DNA of 64,000 bases from Candidatus Aeolococcus gillhamiae (GTDB lineage Bacteria > Chloroflexota > Dormibacteria > Aeolococcales > Aeolococcaceae). Both the position numbers and the translations under genes were made by a program. How positions within the stretch are numbered: the stretch's first letter is position 1; every line of letters begins with the position of its first letter. Below, piece by piece: positions 9,884-20,136 of the stretch. The stretch lies in the NCBI GenBank assembly GCA_003244045.1, contig QHBU01000130.1, positions 796 to 64,795 on the forward strand. The letters run 5' to 3'. The notes beneath the pieces are model-generated. The model did not search any database. It worked only from the letters and a program-made list of their open reading frames with translations, and was not told the origin of the DNA.

Positions 9884-10438
9884 ATGGACATAACAGGCGA
9901 GCTGGTACGGCTGCGCGCGTTCCGCCCCGACGACGCTCCGGCGATCGCCGAAGCCCTCGCCGACCCGCGGGTGGTGGCGTACCTGGCGCAGTGGGCGCAC
10001 GGGCCGTACACCCTGGAGCAGGCGAGGGCCTGGACAACGGAACCGGCCACCCCGGGCGCGTTGAACTTCGCCATCGAGTCCATCGCCGACGGCGCATTCG
10101 TCGGATCCACCGGCTTCCACGACATCGACCACCACAATCGCCACTGCGGCTGGGGGATCTGGATCGGTCCGCCGCACCACTGGGGCAAGGGCTACGGCAC
10201 CGAGGCCTGCGTGCTCTCCGTGGAGTACGCGTTCCGATTCCTGGCCATGGAGAAGGTGCACCTGTACGTGTACGCTGGTAACGACCGTGCCCGGCCCAGC
10301 TACGAGAAGGCGGGTTTCGTCAGCGAGGGCATCCGTCGCCGCCACTACTGGCGTGATGGCGCGCTCACCGACGTCGAGCTGATGGCGGTGTTCCGCGACC
10401 ATCCCCTGTACTCCGAGCGGATCGCCCCCATCGCCTAG
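9884..10438 (+). CDS. GNAT family N-acetyltransferase (RimJ/RimL-like)
   Basis: The protein is 184 aa and contains LRAFRPDDAPAI, WGKGYGTEA and AGNDRARPSYEKAGF. It starts 2 nt after the icd stop. Confidence 0.8.
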   Translation: MDITGELVRLRAFRPDDAPAIAEALADPRVVAYLAQWAHGPYTLEQARAWTTEPATPGALNFAIESIADGAFVGSTGFHDIDHHNRHCGWGIWIGPPHHWGKGYGTEACVLSVEYAFRFLAMEKVHLYVYAGNDRARPSYEKAGFVSEGIRRRHYWRDGALTDVELMAVFRDHPLYSERIAPIA

Positions 10439-10448
10439 CATCGCCGGG

Positions 10449-11372
10449 GTGAAGGACAGGCTCTTCCGGTCGCTCCCGGTCCGGGCGATCGGCCGCTTCC
10501 TCAACGCCCAGGGGCCGAACTGGGGGACGATCATCGCCTGGAATCTGTTCTTCGCCTTCTTCCCGATGGTGTTCCTGGTGATCAGCGCGGTCGGGCTCGC
10601 ATTGCACGATCCATCCACGCGGGCCACCATTCAACAGCAGGTGCTGGCCGCGTTCCCGTCCTGCCAGGCGAAGCAGAGCAGCGGCGGCTCCTGCGAGCTG
10701 ATCACCGCTCTCAACGATTTCCGGCGTAGCAGCGGGCTGTTCGCCATCGTCGGCGTCCTCGGCCTGCTCTGGTCAGGCGCCAGCCTCTTCAGCGCCATCG
10801 AGAATGGGCTCAACAGCCTCTACCCCTGCAAGTCGCGCGATTTCCTGCAGCAGAAGCTGATGGCGATCGGCATGGTCGTGGTCTTCATCGTCATGGCGCT
10901 GCCGCTGCTGCTCAGCGGGAGCCTGCTCTCACTGCTGCAGTCCATCCCCGGATTGCCGGGCTTCCTGCACGGCGGGGTGGCCGGGATCCTTCTCCAGGTG
11001 AGCGCAGGCATCGTCGACGCCAGCTTGCTCTTCGGGATCATCTACTACGTCGTGCCGCACCGCAAACAGCACGTGCGCGACATCGTCGCGGGCGCCATCG
11101 CCGCCGGCGTGCTGTTCGAGACGCTCACCCTGGTGTTCCCGCTGTACTTCAAGTTGGTGACCAACGCGCCCCAGTGGGGACAGACGTTCGGGCTGGTGTT
11201 CGTGCTGCTCTTCTACTTCTTCCTGCTCTCCCAGATCATCGTGCTTGGCGGTGCGCTCAACGCCGAGATCGGCCGTGATGCCGAGAGCTGCGACGCGCCG
11301 GGGTTGCCGGCCGGCGGTCTGGATGGAGAGGCTCTCCTCAAGGAACGAGCCGTCGGATCCGCCACCCGCTGA
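10449..11372 (+). CDS. YihY/BrkB (RNase BN-like) family membrane protein
   Basis: The sequence has a GTG start, FLNAQGPNWGTIIAWNLFFAFFPMVFLV, LLWSGASLFSAIENGLNSLY and six TM-like segments. Confidence 0.75.
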   Translation: MKDRLFRSLPVRAIGRFLNAQGPNWGTIIAWNLFFAFFPMVFLVISAVGLALHDPSTRATIQQQVLAAFPSCQAKQSSGGSCELITALNDFRRSSGLFAIVGVLGLLWSGASLFSAIENGLNSLYPCKSRDFLQQKLMAIGMVVVFIVMALPLLLSGSLLSLLQSIPGLPGFLHGGVAGILLQVSAGIVDASLLFGIIYYVVPHRKQHVRDIVAGAIAAGVLFETLTLVFPLYFKLVTNAPQWGQTFGLVFVLLFYFFLLSQIIVLGGALNAEIGRDAESCDAPGLPAGGLDGEALLKERAVGSATR

Positions 11373-11402
11373 CCCGAAAATTCTGCTCGACCCGTCACAG
11401 GT

Positions 11403-12773
11403 GTGTCGCAGGGCGGAAACCACGGGGCGAGGCCCGGCATACAGCGCAGAGTGTCGCCTGTGACGGAGCCGAAGAAACCACATGGACGGAATGTGATCGC
11501 AGGAGAGAGCACGCCCGGCGACAACGCGCTGACCACGCTCGCCCTCGAGGAGCCCGCCCGGATGCTCATCGACGACATCCTCGAGGCGGCCCGCGAATAC
11601 CTGGACACTGACGTCGCGTTCGTCGCCGAGTTCGCCGGTGGCGAGCAGGTCTTCCGCCATGTCGCCGGCGATGCCGCGCTCTTCCGGCTCAGCTCGGAGC
11701 TGCGCGTCCCGCGCGGCTGGATGTACTGCCAGGCGATGACCGAGGGCGTCCTCAGCGAGGCCATCCCCGACACGGCCGCCGACCCCATCGCCTCCGCCAT
11801 GGAGGTCACCCTTGAGGCCAACATCGGCAGCTACGTTGGCGTGCCGGTCAGCCTGCCCGATGGGCGCGTCTGGGGATCGATGGCGTGTGTCAGCCGCAGC
11901 CCCGACCACAGCGTGGGCAAGCGCGACGTGCGTTTCATGCGCATGCTCGCCCGCATCTACGCCGAGCAGCTGGAGCGCGAGGAGCGCGAGGCCGTTGCCC
12001 GCCGCCAGAAGCGCGCCCAGATCCGCGCGGTGCTGCGCGAAGGGCGGCTCACCACCGTCCTGCAACCGATCGTCGACCTGGTCAGCGGCGCTGCCGTCGG
12101 TTTCGAGGCGCTGGCCCGCTTCGAGGGGGAGACCCCGCAGCCGCCCGACGTCTGGTTCGCCGCCGCCGAGGAGGTGGGCCTTGGGCCCGAGCTCGAGCTG
12201 GCCGCGGTACGGTCCGCGCTCGAGCACCTCGACACCCTCCCGCCCGACACGTACCTGTCGATCAACGTGTCACCGGAGACTGCGGTCAGCACCGAGTTCG
12301 CCACGCTCATCGAGAACGGCACCGACCGCATCGTCATCGAGGTCACCGAGCACGCTGCCATCGGCGACTACCCGCAGTTCAACAGCTCGGTGGCGCGGCT
12401 TCGTTTCCGGGGCATGCGCTACGCGGTCGACGACGCCGGCGCCGGCTTCGCCACCTTTAGCCACATCCTCAGCACCAAGCCCGACATCGTCAAGCTCGAC
12501 ATGTCACTGATCCGCGATATCCATCGTGACCTGGCGCGACGCGCGCTGCTGCACGGGCTCATCTACTTCATCGAGCAGATCAACGCGACGGCGGTCGCGG
12601 AGGGCGTGGAGACCGTCGAGGAGGCCGAGTCGCTGAAGCGCCTGGGTGTGCACTGCGCCCAGGGCTACTACTTCGGCCGTCCCGGCGAGGCGGTACGGAC
12701 TGTCGCGCCCAGCCGCCCCTCCCAGGCGGATGAGCGACGCGGCCGAGTCCGCGTTCTGCCGCTGGCGAAGTAA
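11403..12773 (+). CDS. GAF-domain c-di-GMP phosphodiesterase (EAL domain)
   Basis: EAL motifs are present: QPIVDLVSGAAVGFEALAR, IEVTEHA, VDDAGAGF, KLDMSLIRDI and AEGVETVEE..GVHCAQGYYFGRP. An N-terminal GAF-like region is also present (VAFVAEFAGGEQVF...GSMACVS). The start is uncertain, with alternatives GTG 11460 and ATG 11562. Confidence 0.8.
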   Translation: MSQGGNHGARPGIQRRVSPVTEPKKPHGRNVIAGESTPGDNALTTLALEEPARMLIDDILEAAREYLDTDVAFVAEFAGGEQVFRHVAGDAALFRLSSELRVPRGWMYCQAMTEGVLSEAIPDTAADPIASAMEVTLEANIGSYVGVPVSLPDGRVWGSMACVSRSPDHSVGKRDVRFMRMLARIYAEQLEREEREAVARRQKRAQIRAVLREGRLTTVLQPIVDLVSGAAVGFEALARFEGETPQPPDVWFAAAEEVGLGPELELAAVRSALEHLDTLPPDTYLSINVSPETAVSTEFATLIENGTDRIVIEVTEHAAIGDYPQFNSSVARLRFRGMRYAVDDAGAGFATFSHILSTKPDIVKLDMSLIRDIHRDLARRALLHGLIYFIEQINATAVAEGVETVEEAESLKRLGVHCAQGYYFGRPGEAVRTVAPSRPSQADERRGRVRVLPLAK

Positions 12774-12813
12774 TCTCTTGAGCGTGGAGCTCAAGGTCAG
12801 GCCGGCGGTGCCG

Positions 12814-13527
12814 ATGCAGGTTCCGGCACATCGCCCCGAGCATCACCGCAATGTCCAGGGGGGCGCCGCCCGCGCGGCCGTCTTCGGTGTGAGCGACGGT
12901 CTGCTCACCAACGTCTCCCTCATCCTCGGCGTCGCCGGCGCCCACCCCGCGGCGGGCGTGGTCCGCCTGGCCGGCCTGGCCGGGCTCGTCGCCGGTGCGT
13001 TCTCCATGGCCGCCGGCGAGTACGTCTCGATGAGCGCCCAGAAGGAGCTGATCCAGCGGGAGGTCGCCATCGAGCGCGAGGAGCTGCGCCGCCACCCCGA
13101 ATCTGAGCACAAGGAGCTGGTGGCGCTGTACGTCTCCCGCGGCGTCCCGGTGGGCGCGGCCGAAGAGGTGGCCACCGCCCTGGCCAGCGATCCCGAGCTC
13201 GCGCTGGAGGTGCACACGCGCGAGGAGCTCGGTGTCAATCCGGGCTCGATCGGGTCGCCCCCCGCTGCGGCGGCCTCCTCGTTCGGCAGCTTCGCGGTGG
13301 GCGCCCTGGTCCCGCTCCTCCCCTGGTTCTTCGGCAGCGGCACTGCGGCGGTGCTGGCCTCGATCATTCTCGGGGCCGTGGCTGCGCTCGCAGTCGGGGT
13401 CGCGCTTGCGTACTTCACCGGGCGTTCACCGGTGCGCACCGCGCTGCGCCAGATCGTCATCGCCGCGGTCGTCGCTGCCGTCACCTACGGCATCGGGACG
13501 GCGGTGGGAGTGCACACCGGCGCCTGA
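12814..13527 (+). CDS. VIT1/CCC1 family iron/manganese transporter
   Basis: This lies within ORF 12646..13527, and I use ATG 12814 (GTG 12784 is also in frame). The sequence has AVFGVSDGLLTNVSLILGVAG, FSMAAGEYVSMSAQKE and C-terminal TM helices. Confidence 0.8.
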   Translation: MQVPAHRPEHHRNVQGGAARAAVFGVSDGLLTNVSLILGVAGAHPAAGVVRLAGLAGLVAGAFSMAAGEYVSMSAQKELIQREVAIEREELRRHPESEHKELVALYVSRGVPVGAAEEVATALASDPELALEVHTREELGVNPGSIGSPPAAAASSFGSFAVGALVPLLPWFFGSGTAAVLASIILGAVAALAVGVALAYFTGRSPVRTALRQIVIAAVVAAVTYGIGTAVGVHTGA

Positions 13528-13528
13528 G

Positions 13529-14350
13529 GTGCAGCCGTCCGGCCTCTTCGAGGTTCTCGCCGAGATCGAGACGTCGCCGCCGCGGTGCGTCCTCGAGGAG
13601 GAGTACGGCGCCGCCCTGCGTCTCGATAGCGACCGGGTTGCGGTCAACTTTGTCAGCACCATCGACGGCATCGTCAGCTTCGGCAAGGACACGGACGAGT
13701 CGCGCGCAGTGGGCGGAGGGATCGCTGCCGACCGCACCCTGATGGCGATGCTGCGTTCGGTCGCCGGCGTCATCGTGGTGGGCGTCGGCACGCTGCGGGC
13801 CACCACCAACCACCAGTGGACGCCGCGCGCGCTGGCGCCCGAACGCGCTGCCGACATGGATGCGCTGCGCGCGGCGGCGGGACTACCGGCAGACCCCGCC
13901 CCGCTCTTGGTGGTCTCCGGCTCGAACGTGCTGCCGCGCGACGCCGAGGCGGTGGGCCGGCCGGCCGTGCCGCTCCACGTGCTCTCCGCCGACGGCGTGC
14001 TCCCCGCAGCCGAGGCTTTGGCCCGGACCGGCGCACCGACCAGCGCCGCACCGGTTTCCGCGGCGGCCGTCGTCGAGGCGGCGCGGCAGCTGAGTGAGGG
14101 AGGACCGGTCCTGTGCGAGGGTGGCCCGCACCTCTTCGGCACCCTGCTCGACGGCCGGGTGCCGATCGATCTCTTCTTGACGGTGGCGCCGCAGCTGGCC
14201 GGTCGCAGCAACCACTCGGCGGAGCGGCGCAGCCTTGTCGAAGGAGTCGCGCTACCGTCCTTCACGCGGCGCGGCACGCTGCGTTCGGTGCGGCGCGCCG
14301 ACAACCATCTGCTGCTCCGCTACCGGATCGACGCCGCCGGCAACGCGTAG
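13529..14350 (+). CDS. RibD C-terminal domain (pyrimidine/dihydrofolate reductase-like) protein
   Basis: GTG 13529 lies 2 nt after the VIT1 stop. The sequence has VAVNFVSTIDGIVSF, LRSVAGVIVVGVGTLRA, LCEGGPHLFGTLL and DLFLTVAPQLAG. Confidence 0.75.
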   Translation: MQPSGLFEVLAEIETSPPRCVLEEEYGAALRLDSDRVAVNFVSTIDGIVSFGKDTDESRAVGGGIAADRTLMAMLRSVAGVIVVGVGTLRATTNHQWTPRALAPERAADMDALRAAAGLPADPAPLLVVSGSNVLPRDAEAVGRPAVPLHVLSADGVLPAAEALARTGAPTSAAPVSAAAVVEAARQLSEGGPVLCEGGPHLFGTLLDGRVPIDLFLTVAPQLAGRSNHSAERRSLVEGVALPSFTRRGTLRSVRRADNHLLLRYRIDAAGNA

Positions 14351-14390
14351 CTGGAGCTGTGCGCGCGCGTTGCAGTGGGACAATCGCGGC

Positions 14391-14942
14391 GTGACCATCC
14401 CGCATTCGCGCGCACTCGCATGGCGTTCAGCGATGGTGCTCGTCGTGGTCATCGCCGGGGTGTTCTTCGCGATCCGCGGAACGTCCTCCGCGCCCCAGCC
14501 CGCCATCACGTCGACCGGCGCCACCAATTGGGAGCTGCCCCGGCTCAACGGCGGCGGCACCCTCAAGCTGGCCGACCTGCGCGGCCATCCCGTGGTGCTC
14601 GACTTCTTCGCCTCGTGGTGCACCGCCTGCCGCGGCGAGCTGCCCGGGATGGCCGCGCTGTCCCACCGGCTCTCGGGCCGGGTCACGTTCGCGGGAATCG
14701 ACTCCGAGGAGACCGGCGACGGCCAGGCGATGGCGCACCAGTACGGGATCGATGGCTGGCCGCTGGCGCGCGACGTCGGAGGCAGCCAGGCCAGCGGATT
14801 GCACGATGCCCTCGGCACCCGCGGGATGCCGGTCACCGCGTTCTACGACAGCAACGGCCGGCTCGTCACGGTGGTCCCGGGAGCGATCGGCGAAGACGAC
14901 CTGCGCGCTCGGATCCACTCTCTGTTCGGCATCAGCACCTAG
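14391..14942 (+). CDS. TlpA/ResA-like thiol-disulfide oxidoreductase (thioredoxin fold, membrane anchored)
   Basis: GTG 14391 is followed by an N-terminal TM (AMVLVVVIAGVFFAI). The active site is in VVLDFFASWCTACRGELP (WCxxC). The start is tentative. Confidence 0.8.
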   Translation: MTIPHSRALAWRSAMVLVVVIAGVFFAIRGTSSAPQPAITSTGATNWELPRLNGGGTLKLADLRGHPVVLDFFASWCTACRGELPGMAALSHRLSGRVTFAGIDSEETGDGQAMAHQYGIDGWPLARDVGGSQASGLHDALGTRGMPVTAFYDSNGRLVTVVPGAIGEDDLRARIHSLFGIST

Positions 14943-15931
14943 GTCGTCGCACCGCCCTCCCGCTCCGCCCGCAGCTCCTCGACGAGCCGCTCGGCCGCGG
15001 GTGTGAGCTGGCTGGGCAGGCGCACGGACACCTCCGCGATGAGGTCGCCATGGCCGTCGCCATGGAGCTTGGGCAGGCCCAGGCCGCGGAGGCGCAGCCT
15101 CGCCCCGTTCTGGGTGGTGGGAGGGATGCTCAGCTGGGCGGTCGTGCCCCGCAGCGTCCGCACCGGGATCTCACCGCCCAGCAGGGCGACGTCGAGCGGC
15201 ACCTCGACCTGCTCGCGCAGATCGCTGCGGTCCCGCGTGAAGCGGGGATGCGGACGAACCCGCACGCGCACGAAGAGGTCGCCGGAGCCGGCGCCATCAC
15301 TGCCGGCGCCACCCTGGCCGGCGGCTCGCACTCGGGCGCCGTCGGCAACACCGGCGGGGATGCTGATCTCGACGCGGCGCGACCGTCCGCCGCCGCTCAG
15401 CTCGATGATTCGCTTGGTGCCGGTGTAGGCCTCCTCCAGGGTGATATCGGTCGTCCCCTCGACGTCCTCACCGCGCCGCGGCGCCACCCGGGTGCGCGAG
15501 CGCGCGCCTCCGGCGGAGGAGCGCCCGAACATCGAGTGGAAGAAGTCGGAAAAGGGGTCGGCGTCGCCGAACATGCTCTCCAGCTCGTCCGGCGAGACGG
15601 TGCGGTACTCCACCTGGGGACCGCCGCCGGAGCCGAACCCGCCTTGCGCCGCACCGAACGGGGACGGGCCGGGACGTCCCGCCTTGTCCCAAGCCTCATA
15701 CTCGCGCCAGCGCGGGCCAACCTCGTCGTAGAGGCCGCGCTTCTTGGGATCGCTGAGCACCTCGTTGGCCTCGTTGATCTCCTTGAAGCGGCGCTCGGCC
15801 GCGGAGTCGTTCTGGTTGAGGTCGGGGTGGTGCTTGCGCGCCGCCTTCCTGAAGGCGGCCTTGATTTCCTTCTGGGTGGCCGTCTTGGGCACCCCGAGGA
15901 TCGCGTAATAGTCCTGAAAGGCTGTGGCCAC
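14939..15931 (-). CDS. J-domain co-chaperone, CbpA-like (no zinc-finger region)
   Basis: This is the C-terminal 330 aa of ORF 14939..17026, starting at GTG 15931. It has DYYAILGVPKTATQKEIKAAFRKAARKHHPDLN (the HPD motif), a G/F-rich linker and DnaJ C-terminal domains. No CxxCxGxG repeats are present. Confidence 0.85.
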   Translation of the reverse strand: MATAFQDYYAILGVPKTATQKEIKAAFRKAARKHHPDLNQNDSAAERRFKEINEANEVLSDPKKRGLYDEVGPRWREYEAWDKAGRPGPSPFGAAQGGFGSGGGPQVEYRTVSPDELESMFGDADPFSDFFHSMFGRSSAGGARSRTRVAPRRGEDVEGTTDITLEEAYTGTKRIIELSGGGRSRRVEISIPAGVADGARVRAAGQGGAGSDGAGSGDLFVRVRVRPHPRFTRDRSDLREQVEVPLDVALLGGEIPVRTLRGTTAQLSIPPTTQNGARLRLRGLGLPKLHGDGHGDLIAEVSVRLPSQLTPAAERLVEELRAEREGGATT

Positions 15932-16030
15932 TGCCCCACGTTGTACCCGATCGCGCCGGACCGCAAAACGACAGACGCGACAAATGCGCCGCGCGTTGGC
16001 GGCCAGCGGCCATCCGATACAGTCGCGCCC

Positions 16031-16624
16031 ATGGAGAATCCGCCGTCCGCGCGACGTGCGGCCCCGGCTGAGGTGGACCTGGTCGCTACGATCTTCGGCC
16101 TGGCGTTGGCACAGGACCCGCTGTGGAGCCGCGCGCTGCGGACCCTCCCCCTCGAACAGCGCGCACCGTTGTGGCACCTGTTCGTCGAGGGCGGGATCCG
16201 CCACTCGTGGACCTGGCTGGCGGACGGCGGTGCCGCGGCCTCCGTGTGGATCCCACCGGGAGAGACCGAGTTGGGGCCGGAGCAGGAGGCTCAGGTGGAT
16301 GAGTTTGCCCTTCAACTCGGCCCTGGGGAGGCGGATTTCCGCGAGCTTCTCAGTCGCTTCGACGCTGCGCATCCGCACGCCGAACCGCACTACTACCTCT
16401 CGCTGCTCGGCACGCACCCGGAGCATCGCGGTCGCGGCACCGGCATGTGGCTCCTCGCCCACGACCTGGCCCTCATCGACGCCGAGCATCACGCCGCATA
16501 CCTCGAGTCGTCGAACCCGCGCAACGACGCACGCTACCGGAGCGTCGGATTTGAGCCGGTCGGCGAGTTTTCCTACCCGGGCAACGGGCCTGTCGTGACG
16601 ACCATGTGGCGCCTGCCGCGCTGA
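16031..16624 (+). CDS. GNAT family acetyltransferase
   Basis: ATG 16031 lies within the artefactual ORF 14375..16624. The sequence has YLSLLGTHPEHRGRGTGMWLL and YLESSNPRNDARYRSVGF. Confidence 0.7.
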   Translation: MENPPSARRAAPAEVDLVATIFGLALAQDPLWSRALRTLPLEQRAPLWHLFVEGGIRHSWTWLADGGAAASVWIPPGETELGPEQEAQVDEFALQLGPGEADFRELLSRFDAAHPHAEPHYYLSLLGTHPEHRGRGTGMWLLAHDLALIDAEHHAAYLESSNPRNDARYRSVGFEPVGEFSYPGNGPVVTTMWRLPR

Positions 16625-16658
16625 CGAGCCACCAGGTCGCGGCCAGGTCCCGGCTATC

Positions 16659-17591
16659 GTGGACCGGGTGACCACGGTTGCCGACGTCCCGGTCCCCGAG
16701 CGGCGCTTCCCCATAGCCCACCTTCCGGTCGACCTGGCCACCACCACGTTCCCCCTGCGCCAGGGCACGCACGACCCCACCACCCGCGTCGCGGTCGGCC
16801 AGGTGTGGCGCGCTCTGCGCACCCCGGGCGGCCCTGCGACCCTCCATCTCCGCGTCGATGGTCGGGAACTCGTCGCCGGGGCGGTCGGCCCCGGATCCGT
16901 GCAGGCCCTCGAGCTCGCTCCGCGGTTGGCGGGCCTCCATGACGACCCCACCGCACTCCGGCCGCGGCACCCCGTCGTGACGGAGGCGCGGCGGCGCACG
17001 CCGGGCCTCCGCCTCACCTCCGGCACCGCCGTGTTCGACGCCCTGGTTTGGTCGGTTCTTGCCCAGAAGGTGGTCGGGTTCGACGCCCGCCGGGCCTACC
17101 GGGACCTCGTCACCCGGCTCGGAGAGCCGGCGCCCGGGGACGCCGGCCTGCTCCTCCCGCCCGACCCCGGTCGCATCGCGCGCACCCCGTACTGGACCTT
17201 CCACGAGTGCAACGTCGAGCGCCGGCGCGCGACCGTCATCGTGGCTGCTGCGCATCGCGCCGGCTCGCTCAACGCGCTCGCCGCCCTGCCCGCCGCCGAG
17301 GCCCGCGTCCGCCTGCAGTCACTGCCTGGCATCGGACCGTGGACAGCCGCCGAGGTAACCGCGGTGAGTCACGGCGACCCGGACGCCGTGCCGCTCGGTG
17401 ACTATCACCTGCCCAACGCGGTTGCCTACGCGCTCGCCGGCGAGCCGCGAGCCGACGACGCGCGCATGCTCCAGCTGCTCGAGCCCTACGCCGGCCAGCG
17501 CGGCCGCGTCATCCGCCTGCTCATGTCCGGCGGTCGCGGCGCGCCGCGTTACGGTCCGCGGCTCAGCCGGCAGGACATCCGCGCCCGCTGA
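16659..17591 (+). CDS. DNA-3-methyladenine glycosylase II family protein (AlkA-like, HhH-GPD)
   Basis: The protein is 310 aa. It contains VLAQKVVGFDARRAYRDL, LPGIGPWTAAEV (HhH) and PLGDYHLPNAV (catalytic Asp region). It ends 52 nt before the helicase gene. Confidence 0.75.
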   Translation: MDRVTTVADVPVPERRFPIAHLPVDLATTTFPLRQGTHDPTTRVAVGQVWRALRTPGGPATLHLRVDGRELVAGAVGPGSVQALELAPRLAGLHDDPTALRPRHPVVTEARRRTPGLRLTSGTAVFDALVWSVLAQKVVGFDARRAYRDLVTRLGEPAPGDAGLLLPPDPGRIARTPYWTFHECNVERRRATVIVAAAHRAGSLNALAALPAAEARVRLQSLPGIGPWTAAEVTAVSHGDPDAVPLGDYHLPNAVAYALAGEPRADDARMLQLLEPYAGQRGRVIRLLMSGGRGAPRYGPRLSRQDIRAR

Positions 17592-17642
17592 GCGGGCGGT
17601 GAGCATTGCCACCCGAACGGATGTTCGCTACACTCCGCCACC

Positions 17643-20108
17643 GTGGCCACCCTCGCCGATCCGGTCGCCGGCGCCCTGGCACGGCTGCGTGCCAGCGCCA
17701 CCGTCGAGGGTCGCATCGTCCATGAGGAGCTGATCCCGGCCAACGCCGCCCAATACGCGGAGTGGCCGGCGCCGCTCGATCCCCGCCTGCTGGCCGCGCT
17801 GGACCGGCGCGGCATCGACCGTCCGTACATCCACCAGGCCGAGGCCATCGAGCACGCACTCGCCGGCCGGGACGTTGTGGTGGTGACGCCGACGGCGAGC
17901 GGCAAGACGCTGGCGTTCGCGGCCCCCGTTCTCGACGCGTGGCTGCACGACCCTGACGCGCGCTCGCTGTGGCTGTTCCCCACCAAGGCGCTGGCGCAGG
18001 ACCAGCTCGCCGGCCTGCAGGACCTCGCCAAGCATCTTCCTGAGGGCCTGCGCGCCGCCACCTACGACGGCGATACCGCTCCGGGCCTGCGCCGCGCGGT
18101 ACGCAACGACGGCAACATCGTAGTCACCAACCCGGACATGCTGCACAGCGGCATCCTGCCGCACCACACCAGCTGGGTCCGTCTCTTCCAGCACCTCCGT
18201 TACATCGTCATCGACGAGCTGCACGCCTACCGCGGCCTGTTCGGCTCGCACCTCGCCAACGTCCTCCGCCGCCTGCTCCGCCTCTGCCGCTTCTACGGCA
18301 GCAATCCCACGGTGATCGCGTGCAGCGCCACCATCGCCAACCCGCGCGAGCTCGCCGAGAAGCTGCTCGAACGTCCGGTTCACCTGGTCGATCGCAACGG
18401 CGCTCCCCGTGCCGCGCGCCGGCTGTGGTTCTGGAACCCGCCGCTGGTCGACGGCACCATGGGAGTGCGCAGGTCCGCGACGCTGGAGGCGAGGCGGCTG
18501 ATGACCCAGCTGCTCACCAGCAACCTGCAGACCATCGCCTTTGCCCGCAGCCGCTCCAGCGTGGAGGTGCTGCTCACCTACCTGCAACGGCTGCACCCGG
18601 CGCCGCGCGAGGGCGGCACCGGGCCGGTGCGCGGCTATCGCGGTGGCTACCTGCCGCTGGAGCGGCGCGCCATCGAAGCCGGGCTGCGCGACGGCAGCGT
18701 GCGCGGGGTCGTCAGCACCAACGCGCTCGAGCTCGGCATCGACATCGGCAACCTTGATGCGGCCATCCTTGTCGGCTACCCGGGGAGCATCGCCTCGACC
18801 TGGCAGCAGCTCGGCCGGGCAGGGCGGCGCAACACCGAGTCGCTCGGCGTCTTCATCGCCACCGACTCACCGCTCGACCAGTTCCTGGTCAACAACCCGC
18901 GCTACGTCCTCGAGGCGCCCCCCGAGCACGGACTCATCAACCCCGACAACCTGCTCGTGCTCGGCGGACACCTCCAGGCAGCGGCCTTCGAGCTCGCCTT
19001 CGAAACCGGCGAGTCGTTCGGCGAGGCCGGCGTTGACACCACCGGCGCGCTCCTCGACCTCTTCAGGGACGACGGCCTCGTCCACCGCAGCGGCTCGCGC
19101 TACCACTGGGCTGCTGACGCCTTCCCGGCGGAGGCGATCTCCCTGCGCCGCGCCGCTGCGACCAACGTGGTGATCATCGACACCTCCACCGGTGCAGGAG
19201 GGCCGGGCCAGGGACCGCAGGGCCCGTGGGCGGGGAGCGGGGGTGGGCGTCCCGGCAGCGATGGCCGGGTGATCGGTGAGGTGGACCAGTTCGCCGCGCC
19301 CGTGCTGGTGCACGACGACGCCATCTACCTGCACGAGGGCCGCCAGTTCCACGTCGAGCGGCTCGACTGGGAGGAGAAACGGGCCTACGTCCACCCCGTC
19401 AGCGTCGATCACTTCACGCTCGCGGAGACACGGACCACCCTGCAGATCCTCGAGCGCTACCAGGGCCCGGTCGGCGACGTCTGCCGCCGCTCGCTCGGGG
19501 AGGTCCGGGTCAGCCGGCTCGCCACCATCTACAAGAAGGTGCGCTTCCTCACCCAGGAGACGATCGGCGCCGGGCCGATCACCCTGCCTGAGCAGGACCT
19601 GCACACCATCGCCGCCTGGACCGCCTTCGACCCGGAGCAGCTCCCCGGCATCGACCGCGCCGGGCTGGACTCCGGCCTCAGCGGTCTCGCCGCGGTGCTC
19701 CATTCGGCGGCTTCCCTGCTCTGCATGTGCGATCCGCGCGACATCGGCGCGCAGGCGCAGCTGCGCGCCAGTCCGTCACCCGCCGCGGTGCTCGGCACTC
19801 CGAGAGCGGATGCCGTGGCGCCGGCGACCGAACCGCAGGAGTTCACGCCCGGGTGGCGTCCGTCGGCCGATCGCAGTGCGATCGCACAGGAGGTGGGCTG
19901 GCCCACCGTCTACATCTACGACTCGGTGGCGGGCGGTGTCGGCTTCGCCGAGCGGTGCCACGAGCGAAGCGCCGACCTGGTGCGCATGAGCACCCAGCTG
20001 GTCACCGGCTGTGGGTGCGAGACGGGCTGCCCGTCCTGCGTGGGCCCGAGCCGCGCGCGAGTGGACGGCAAGTCGGCCACGCTGCGTCTTCTCGACCTGG
20101 CCCGCTGA
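17643..20108 (+). CDS. DEAD/DEAH-box helicase with C-terminal DUF1998 (MrfA/YprA-like)
   Basis: Helicase motifs are present: TPTASGKTLAF (Walker A), VIDELH (DExH), CSATI, STNALELGIDIG and QQLGRAGRR. The C-terminal zinc module is CGCETGCPSCV, typical of DUF1998. Confidence 0.85.
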   Translation: MATLADPVAGALARLRASATVEGRIVHEELIPANAAQYAEWPAPLDPRLLAALDRRGIDRPYIHQAEAIEHALAGRDVVVVTPTASGKTLAFAAPVLDAWLHDPDARSLWLFPTKALAQDQLAGLQDLAKHLPEGLRAATYDGDTAPGLRRAVRNDGNIVVTNPDMLHSGILPHHTSWVRLFQHLRYIVIDELHAYRGLFGSHLANVLRRLLRLCRFYGSNPTVIACSATIANPRELAEKLLERPVHLVDRNGAPRAARRLWFWNPPLVDGTMGVRRSATLEARRLMTQLLTSNLQTIAFARSRSSVEVLLTYLQRLHPAPREGGTGPVRGYRGGYLPLERRAIEAGLRDGSVRGVVSTNALELGIDIGNLDAAILVGYPGSIASTWQQLGRAGRRNTESLGVFIATDSPLDQFLVNNPRYVLEAPPEHGLINPDNLLVLGGHLQAAAFELAFETGESFGEAGVDTTGALLDLFRDDGLVHRSGSRYHWAADAFPAEAISLRRAAATNVVIIDTSTGAGGPGQGPQGPWAGSGGGRPGSDGRVIGEVDQFAAPVLVHDDAIYLHEGRQFHVERLDWEEKRAYVHPVSVDHFTLAETRTTLQILERYQGPVGDVCRRSLGEVRVSRLATIYKKVRFLTQETIGAGPITLPEQDLHTIAAWTAFDPEQLPGIDRAGLDSGLSGLAAVLHSAASLLCMCDPRDIGAQAQLRASPSPAAVLGTPRADAVAPATEPQEFTPGWRPSADRSAIAQEVGWPTVYIYDSVAGGVGFAERCHERSADLVRMSTQLVTGCGCETGCPSCVGPSRARVDGKSATLRLLDLAR

Positions 20109-20136
20109 TCGGCGGCGGCGCGGTACGGTCACGCGC

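Noticed and set aside
14375-16030. First 552 codons of ORF 14375..16624, and the upper part of ORF 14939..17026
   Set aside because: They are overlapping shadow frames of the TlpA, DnaJ-like and GNAT/AlkA genes. Only the terminal GNAT (16031-16624) and J-protein (14939-15931) segments carry family motifs.
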